DNA of 64,000 bases from Woeseiaceae bacterium (lineage in GTDB: Bacteria; Pseudomonadota; Gammaproteobacteria; Steroidobacterales; Woeseiaceae), in NCBI GenBank assembly GCA_035465295.1, contig DATHRM010000192.1, forward strand, positions 164 through 64,163. Direction: 5' to 3'. Of this stretch, positions 58,587 to 64,000 are shown one piece after another. The position numbers and the translations under genes are program-made. Each line of letters begins with the position of its first letter. Within the stretch, counting starts at the first letter, position 1. The notes beneath the pieces are model-generated. The model saw nothing but the letters and a program-made list of their open reading frames with translations, was not told the origin of the DNA and searched no databases.

Positions 58587-59900
58587 CTAGCGGCGCATCG
58601 GCTGCCTTTGCCCGTAGGTTAGCGAGCGCCACAGCCACTCCGCAGGCCCGAAGCGGAAATGCCTTAGCCACCATGTACTTAGCAACAGCTGCAGGCCCAA
58701 CAGGATAACGACGAAACCCTGTTGCGCGAATCGCGGGACCTCCGCATACAGTCCGACACCGTAGCCGTAGAACAGGCTCGTCATGACCAGCGATTGCGCC
58801 AGGTAGTTCGACAACGCCATCCTGCCGACCGCGGCGCAACGGGCCACGGCAGCCTGGAATGCGCCCGATTTCACGACGAGCATCACGGCGCCAATGTGAC
58901 CGAATGCGACCATGATGCTGCCGAAGTAGTTGGGTATACCGCCGTAGCGGGCCACGTAGATCGGATCGAACTGTTGTGCCTCGAGGATTACCGCACTCAG
59001 GATTGCAAGCGGCAGCCCCAGGCCGTAACCGAACACGGTCATTTTCCGGTAGAAGCGCGTGCTGCGCTCACCCGAAAGTACACCGAGTTTCATGAGCGCC
59101 ATTCCGAGCAGCATCAGCCCGCCCACTCTCCACAACACGAATACCAGTGTGCCGCTTACCTGCATGAATGCCACGAACGGAGCGCGGTGTGTCAGGACGT
59201 CGACGTAAGACCCCCTGTAGGCAGTCACGTCGGCCGCGATGTCGTCCTCACTCGGTGCGAACAGGGGGCGAATGTCACGCCACTCCTCGAGTTTCTCCCG
59301 CTGTTCTTCTTCGAGGGTCGCGCCTTGCGCCTGCTCTGCTTCAATTGCCGCAACGTCTGCCTGCAGCTCCTCCAGGTGGAAAGAGCTGCCGTAATTGATT
59401 AAAAGCGTGACCGGCAACACGAAGCAGGCGATCGCGATCAGCGTACGTGGCGACGCTTTGCGAAACAGGAAGACGAGCATGCCCATCAACGCGTAGTGAA
59501 AGAGGATATCGCCAAACCAGATGAAGTATCCGTGCAACAGCCCGATCACGAGCAGCCAGGCACTCCGGCGATAGAAGATCGGCGTAAACGGCGTGCCGCG
59601 CGCGGCTGCACGATTCATCATCATCACCACACCTGCGCCGTAGAGCATCGAAAAGATGCTCATGAATTTCTGGTCGAAGAACAGGTGGGTGAAAAACCAC
59701 GTGCCCATGTTCAGCGCATCGGTGCCGCCCATGATCAACGGGTTGTAGTACGCCGCGAACGGCATCGCGAACGCGTACACATTCATTACGAGGATGCCCA
59801 TTACGGCGACGCCGCGGAGAGCGTCCAGGGCGGGGAGCCGCTCGGCGGCCGTGACAGGGCCGGCGTTCCGGCCGGGCAGCGATTCAGAATAACCGATCAA
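58587..59900 (-). CDS. DUF418 (YeiB-like) membrane protein
   Basis: ...LDALRGVAVMGILVMNVYAF... and a multi-TM pattern typical of YeiB. The start is TTG with no visible SD. Confidence 0.8.
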   Translation of the reverse strand: MIGYSESLPGRNAGPVTAAERLPALDALRGVAVMGILVMNVYAFAMPFAAYYNPLIMGGTDALNMGTWFFTHLFFDQKFMSIFSMLYGAGVVMMMNRAAARGTPFTPIFYRRSAWLLVIGLLHGYFIWFGDILFHYALMGMLVFLFRKASPRTLIAIACFVLPVTLLINYGSSFHLEELQADVAAIEAEQAQGATLEEEQREKLEEWRDIRPLFAPSEDDIAADVTAYRGSYVDVLTHRAPFVAFMQVSGTLVFVLWRVGGLMLLGMALMKLGVLSGERSTRFYRKMTVFGYGLGLPLAILSAVILEAQQFDPIYVARYGGIPNYFGSIMVAFGHIGAVMLVVKSGAFQAAVARCAAVGRMALSNYLAQSLVMTSLFYGYGVGLYAEVPRFAQQGFVVILLGLQLLLSTWWLRHFRFGPAEWLWRSLTYGQRQPMRR

Positions 59901-59987
59901 ATGTTACTTGTATACCGTTGTTTTTTGTGAATTATTCCTTGGATTTCTTCGGATTCCGAGACATACTTCTGCTGGGCAAACTACTGA

Positions 59988-60000
59988 AAGGAGGTGATCC
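59988..60000 (+). promoter_or_regulatory. Extended Shine-Dalgarno: 13-nt perfect complement of the 16S rRNA 3' tail
   Basis: AAGGAGGTGATCC immediately precedes the ATG at 60001. It is complementary to ...GGAUCACCUCCUU-3'. Confidence 0.5.
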
Positions 60001-60081
60001 ATGTCTAGTGAGATTGCAAGGTTATCGAGAAAACCGTTGGGTCTTGGCCGGATTATGGAGCAACCTTCCGCAATCCTCTGA
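60001..60081 (+). CDS. 26-codon ORF (MSSEIARLSRKPLGLGRIMEQPSAIL), coding status uncertain
   Basis: It starts directly after the extended SD. It is rich in codons that look rare for this GC-rich window (TCT, AGT, AGG, TTA, AGA). A T7 run and a strong terminator follow. Confidence 0.3.
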   Translation: MSSEIARLSRKPLGLGRIMEQPSAIL

Positions 60082-60111
60082 TTCCCCTTTTTTTCGATAC
60101 TGCACTCACGG

Positions 60112-60140
60112 AAGGCCGCCCCACAGGGCGGCCTTTCTTG
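60112..60140. terminator. Strong bidirectional rho-independent terminator
   Basis: AAGGCCGCCC-caca-GGGCGGCCTT 10-bp stem followed by TCTTGTT. It lies downstream of both the 60158-60931 gene (minus) and the small plus-strand ORF. Confidence 0.7.
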
Positions 60141-60157
60141 TTGGCACGGACTCGACG

Positions 60158-60931
60158 CTAGTCTTCTTCTGCAGGCCGGCGCCGTATGCGAACATCGTAG
60201 AGGCGGGCGACGTCGCACTCCATCAGATCGCCGATCAGTTCGCCCTGTTTCTCCCAGTCTTCCTGTTCACTGTACCGCTGATAATCCTGCCCGTGCTCCG
60301 TGTGGGTATCCCACCCGGAAACCATCTTGAAGTCGTAGTCGAAGTCACCCCCGCCGTATACCGGGAACATCATCCAGGTACCCTCGTGATACCCGGTCTC
60401 GGTCTGGTACCGGGCCCAGGCATCGAGGCCTGTCATCAGGTCCGGCCACTTGCTCGAATCCTCGGGTCCCGTGCAGTCGGAAAAAGCGAGCACGATCGTG
60501 TCGGGCGCCGGGCCTTCACCCGGTGACTTGAACTCCGTGGTAGCAAAGTTGGTATGCGAATCGCATTCCAGCACTTCGTCGAACTGCCGGCCGATCTCGC
60601 CGCCCTTGCTCAGCCACAGGTCGGTTCCCGTACCCATTGCCTCGCCGCTGGGCCAGGAACCCAGCCAGCCGATATCGAAGGTATTCTCACCGTAATAATG
60701 AGGTGTCAACGTGATGGCGAAATAATCCTCCCGGCCGTTGTCATCCATCCATTCGTTCCAGTTTTCGATGACTTTATCGAGATCCGCGGAACCCATGCCG
60801 GCGCGGTAATTGCAGGTAAATGTCTCCACCGGAACGTAACGTCTCGCTTCCGTTTCGTGGCTGTCGGCGTAGGCCGGGGTCACGCCGAGTGCAATAACGG
60901 ATGCCGCGGATGCGGCGACGATTCTTTTCAT
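60158..60931 (-). CDS. Secreted hypothetical protein
   Basis: Signal peptide MKRIVAASAASVIALGVTPAYA. GGGGA lies upstream of the ATG at 60931. No recognisable family. Confidence 0.65.
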   Translation of the reverse strand: MKRIVAASAASVIALGVTPAYADSHETEARRYVPVETFTCNYRAGMGSADLDKVIENWNEWMDDNGREDYFAITLTPHYYGENTFDIGWLGSWPSGEAMGTGTDLWLSKGGEIGRQFDEVLECDSHTNFATTEFKSPGEGPAPDTIVLAFSDCTGPEDSSKWPDLMTGLDAWARYQTETGYHEGTWMMFPVYGGGDFDYDFKMVSGWDTHTEHGQDYQRYSEQEDWEKQGELIGDLMECDVARLYDVRIRRRPAEED

Positions 60932-61001
60932 TGTTATTCCCCTATATGTATTGTCGTGGCGCTTGCTGAACGAAGCGCATGGGGGAAGTATAGACGAGGA
61001 A

Positions 61002-62249
61002 TCAGCCGACGACGGCGTCCAGCGCCTCGAAAAGGCGATCGACCTCGTCGATCGTGTTGTAGTGCACGGGCCCCACACGGACCACGCCGCCCGACTCGTA
61101 CATGCCGAGGGACTTCACCACCTCGACCGCGTAATTATGGCCGCTCCACGCGAAAATATTCCGTGCCGCGAGCGCCCGGGCGATGTCGTCGGGTGCGTGC
61201 CGTTCATGGGTGAACGCAACGGTCGGGCCGCGTCTCGGCATGGCCTCTGCCGCCGTAATACCGTGGATCGTCAGGCCGGGCAGCGTTTGCAGGCCCCGCA
61301 CGAGGTAGTCCGCCAGGGTATGTTCGTATTCGGCGATGGCCGCCATGCCGGCGCGCACTTTCTGCCGGCGATCGCCTTCGCCCCCGGCCATCGTCTCCCC
61401 GATCCAGGCAAAATACTCCACGGCCGCCGCGGTGCCTGCCATGCCTTCGTGCGAAGCCGTACCGGGCGAGAAACACCAGGGAATCGATCCGGGAGCCGGA
61501 CGCACCTTGTAGGCCTCGAGGGACTCCAGCACCTCGCGCCGCCCCCACAACGTGCCCTGGTGGGGCCCGAAGAACTTGTAGGGCGAGCACACGAGGAAGT
61601 CACAGCCGAACTCCTGCACGTCGTGAACCATGTGCGGCGCGCTCTGCACCGCGTCGATGTAAGTCCATGCGCCGGCATCCCGGGCGATCCCGCAAATCGC
61701 CCGGACGTCGTTGATCGTCCCCGTCAGGTTGCTGGCAGCGCATACGCACACCAGCCGCGTTCGCTCGTTGAGCAGGTTTTCGAGTTCCCGCAGGTCGAAC
61801 TCGAATGTCTGCGTATCGAACGGCAGCCAGCGGACAGTCAGGCCGCAATCACGCGCAAGCAGCACCCACGGTTCCACGTTCGCGTCGTGGTCCATGCGTG
61901 ACAGGATGATTTCGTCACCGGCATTGAAACATCGACCGATCGAACGCGACACGTGGAACGTCAGCGACGTCATGTTCTGGCCGAACACGATCTCGTCCGC
62001 TGAGGGTGCATTGAGAAAGTCCGCCATCGCCTGCTGCGCGTCGGCGACGATGTCACCAACCGCAACCGACGTCCTGAAGTAGCCTCCCATGTTCGCGCTT
62101 GCGCCCAGCATGCACTGCGACATTGCGTCGACGACGCGCTGCGGCACCTGGGTGCCGGCCGGGTTGTCGAAGTAGACTCTCGCGAGCCCGTCGTCGGTTT
62201 CATGGAGCGCCGGAAATTGCGAACGAATCGCTTCGAGGTCGAGTGTCAT
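61002..62249 (-). CDS. Class-V aminotransferase / cysteine desulfurase-like protein
   Basis: ...YFDNPAGTQVP..., ...DAVQSAPH..., ...CSPYKFFGPH (PLP lysine region). I chose the internal ATG at 62249. Confidence 0.85.
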   Translation of the reverse strand: MTLDLEAIRSQFPALHETDDGLARVYFDNPAGTQVPQRVVDAMSQCMLGASANMGGYFRTSVAVGDIVADAQQAMADFLNAPSADEIVFGQNMTSLTFHVSRSIGRCFNAGDEIILSRMDHDANVEPWVLLARDCGLTVRWLPFDTQTFEFDLRELENLLNERTRLVCVCAASNLTGTINDVRAICGIARDAGAWTYIDAVQSAPHMVHDVQEFGCDFLVCSPYKFFGPHQGTLWGRREVLESLEAYKVRPAPGSIPWCFSPGTASHEGMAGTAAAVEYFAWIGETMAGGEGDRRQKVRAGMAAIAEYEHTLADYLVRGLQTLPGLTIHGITAAEAMPRRGPTVAFTHERHAPDDIARALAARNIFAWSGHNYAVEVVKSLGMYESGGVVRVGPVHYNTIDEVDRLFEALDAVVG

Positions 62250-62263
62250 GGGAGCGGCGACTT

Positions 62264-62470
62264 TTATTCTTCGGCCTTGCCGCCCCATTTTTCGCGATGC
62301 GCGTCTTCCGCCCGTTGCCGGATTTTCTGGTGCCGCCGGGTCAACAGCAACGAGCTGGGGTCGCAGACCTGCGCCTTGATCAGGCCGAGATCGCTGGCCG
62401 CATCGAACAGGCTGGGATACCAGCGTTCCCAGTTCGGCAGCATCTTTTCCACCTGGTCGCGAAGACTCAT
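62264..62470 (-). CDS. Small hypothetical protein
   Basis: 68 aa, immediately upstream of the desulfurase-like gene. No visible SD and no recognised motif. Confidence 0.4.
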   Translation of the reverse strand: MSLRDQVEKMLPNWERWYPSLFDAASDLGLIKAQVCDPSSLLLTRRHQKIRQRAEDAHREKWGGKAEE

Positions 62471-62539
62471 GGGCCGACTGTAGCCGAGCCCGCCGCGCGT
62501 GACAATGACGTGGATCTGAATTTGAGCGCTACTGGCCGC

Positions 62540-62881
62540 TCAGGTTTCTTCCAGCATCTTTATCAGCGTTATGCCCGCTGCAAACGCCATTCCGCCCATG
62601 ACAATCAGCTGGATCTGCGGCAGGAATTGCATCGGCACACTGGCCAGCTCGACAGGCATGACGTTCAGCAAGGGCAACAGCGCGTTGATGAGCTGCAACG
62701 CCGGCTTCAACGCAAAAGCCACGCCAACCAGGATAGCAACCGGCAGCGCCAGCCGGTTAATCCAGATCCGGCGCCGGATCGTCGAAACGATACCGTCGCT
62801 GAAGCCGTCGTCGGCGATCGGCTCTGCCTCGAAAGCCGATGCCAGGAGGCGGTCCAGTGCATCTGATGTCTTGTCAGCCAT
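62540..62881 (-). CDS. Membrane protein, candidate anti-sigma factor
   Basis: A short cytoplasmic N-terminus followed by TM helices. Its ATG at 62881 overlaps the sigma gene stop (ATGGCTGA). Confidence 0.55.
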   Translation of the reverse strand: MADKTSDALDRLLASAFEAEPIADDGFSDGIVSTIRRRIWINRLALPVAILVGVAFALKPALQLINALLPLLNVMPVELASVPMQFLPQIQLIVMGGMAFAAGITLIKMLEET

Positions 62882-63449
62882 ATGTATGATTTTCGATTTC
62901 AAACTGCGTCCTGATCCTTTCCTTGGCGCGGTGGATAATCGACTTCACCGTGCCGGCGGGCAAATCGGTAGCTTCCGAGATCTCCCGATGCGAAAGACCG
63001 CACGCATACGAGAAGATCATAATTACCCGCTCCTGTTCGTTCAATGCCGCCAGCAAGGTATCGAGGTCCAGCTCGGTTTCCGGCGTGCTCTGATTCGCAA
63101 CCGGAACGCGGTCCGCCTCGTGGCCCGCCTGTTCGAGGATTTCGTGATAGCGCTTCGACTTCCTTTTTGCCTGCAGGAACGTCGTGTACGCGACTTTCAG
63201 TACCCAGCCGATGAAGCTCCCGGACCCCGAGTAAGTATGGATCTTGTCCCATACGTGCAGGAAGCAGTCCTGCGCCAGGTCGTCCGCGAGCGTTTCGTCC
63301 CGCGCCAGCTTGCGCAGGAAGTTTCGGACCTGCGACTGGTGGCGCCGGACGAGTTCGCCGAATGCGTTCGCATCCTGGCTGGCCACTACGCGCGCGACGA
63401 GAAGCTGGTCGTCTATCGTTCCTCTCCCGGATACCCCGTGCGGGCTCAG
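62874..63449 (-). CDS. ECF-type RNA polymerase sigma-70 family factor (start codon non-canonical or uncertain)
   Basis: DDQLLVARVVASQDANAFGELVRRH (region 2), ...ERVIMIFSYACGLSHREISEATDLPAGTVKSIIHRAKERI (region 4). The track ORF start at 63743 would overlap the upstream gene by about 300 nt. Plausible starts are CTG 63449, ATA 63416 (after GGAGAGGA) and GTG 63386. Confidence 0.8.
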   Translation of the reverse strand: MSPHGVSGRGTIDDQLLVARVVASQDANAFGELVRRHQSQVRNFLRKLARDETLADDLAQDCFLHVWDKIHTYSGSGSFIGWVLKVAYTTFLQAKRKSKRYHEILEQAGHEADRVPVANQSTPETELDLDTLLAALNEQERVIMIFSYACGLSHREISEATDLPAGTVKSIIHRAKERIRTQFEIENHTYG

Positions 63450-63811
63450 CCCGACTTGCCGAACCGGTGCATCAGGAGAAACCCGGCACCGATCGACAGC
63501 GGGAACATGGCAATGCCCATCAGCGGCCCGAGCGCGTCGTCTTCCTCCAGGAACAGCGCAAAAAGCGCGATCGCTATGGCGAGTACGACGCTGATGACAC
63601 CGCGGCGCAAGTCGCGCTGCGGCGACACGGGCGGATTGACGAGATTCTCGATCAGCTCGGGCGACAGGCCCTGGCCTTTCTCGATCGCCGTGCGGATGGT
63701 CTGCTGCAGATCCCTTTTCGCCTTGTAACGAAACCAGACCCACAGCGACAACACGACCGAAAGGCCGATAAACATCGACAGGGGCACCCAGACATCACTC
63801 GGATTCATCAT
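63446..63811 (-). CDS. Small membrane protein (DUF6249-like, uncertain)
   Basis: AAGGAG lies 5 nt upstream of the ATGATG at 63811. It has two or three TM helices flanking ...IEKGQGLSPELIENL... Confidence 0.6.
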   Translation of the reverse strand: MMNPSDVWVPLSMFIGLSVVLSLWVWFRYKAKRDLQQTIRTAIEKGQGLSPELIENLVNPPVSPQRDLRRGVISVVLAIAIALFALFLEEDDALGPLMGIAMFPLSIGAGFLLMHRFGKSG

Positions 63812-64000
63812 CGAACTCCTTGTTTGAGGTAAATAGGTAGCTATCTTCACCTGTTAGATGAGTGTCGCCCGGCATTTGGATGCGCAAAAAGTTCGATTTT
63901 ATTTTCTTAAATATCAATAAGTTGCGACATTCCTGATACTCGCGCCGCGCGTCCATAACCCCGCAGGGCGGCCCGGCGCGTTTTTACCGGGCATGAACAT

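Noticed and set aside
59918-60526. 202-aa plus-strand ORF
   Set aside because: It crosses the strong terminator at 60112-60140 and runs antisense into the signal-peptide-bearing 60158-60931 gene. It has no motifs.
62874-63743. Long 289-aa form of the ECF sigma ORF starting at GTG 63743
   Set aside because: Its first roughly 100 residues are Arg/Ala-rich nonsense and overlap the SD-supported membrane-protein gene 63446-63811 in another frame. Only the part from about 63449 matches sigma-70 region 2.
63860-63900. GAACTT on the minus strand as a possible ECF-type -35 upstream of the ECF operon
   Set aside because: No convincing -10 (CGTC/TCTRA-type) element lies at 16-17 bp spacing, and the nearest TCTAA is about 30 nt away.
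1-64000. Search for CRISPR arrays, IS elements/transposases, integrases, prophage genes, tRNA and rRNA genes
   Set aside because: I found no regularly spaced direct repeats, no recombinase or transposase motifs in any plausible ORF, and no rRNA or tRNA signatures. The only 16S-like string is the 13-nt SD complement at 59988-60000.

Overview
High-GC, gammaproteobacterium-like chromosomal segment, densely coding on both strands. I saw no rRNA, tRNA, CRISPR array, transposase or integrase. Recognisable genes include LPS-core genes (waaF, hldD), glnE, cysK/cysB, dacB, folD, an mltF-like gene, a Kef-type K+ efflux protein, a 2Fe-2S/molybdopterin oxidoreductase pair, two dienelactone hydrolases and a phospholipase D. 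There is also a PAS/sigma-54 activator, an ECF sigma module and a large efflux region: padR, then adaptor-RND, then adaptor-adaptor-RND-RND. The points most worth a second look are below. (1) A candidate c-di-GMP-I (GEMM-I-like) riboswitch lies in the 420-nt leader of an FAD-linked oxidase gene. (2) A complete sigma-54 control module (three TACG-N6-CGTA palindromes plus a -24/-12 promoter) appears to drive only a 30-codon transmembrane micro-ORF and about 320 nt of structured non-coding RNA. (3) An RND operon encodes two adaptors and two pumps and has no outer-membrane factor gene. (4) glnE is cut by one in-frame TAG at the linker between its adenylyl-removing and adenylyltransferase halves. 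(5) A GIY-YIG nuclease gene absent from the ORF track, and the ECF sigma gene, both lack any ATG/GTG/TTG start, and each begins at a CTGAGC that overlaps the upstream TGA. (6) A 13-nt perfect complement to the 16S rRNA 3' tail abuts a 26-codon rare-codon ORF. All family calls come from motif recognition by eye and memory. None was checked against a database.
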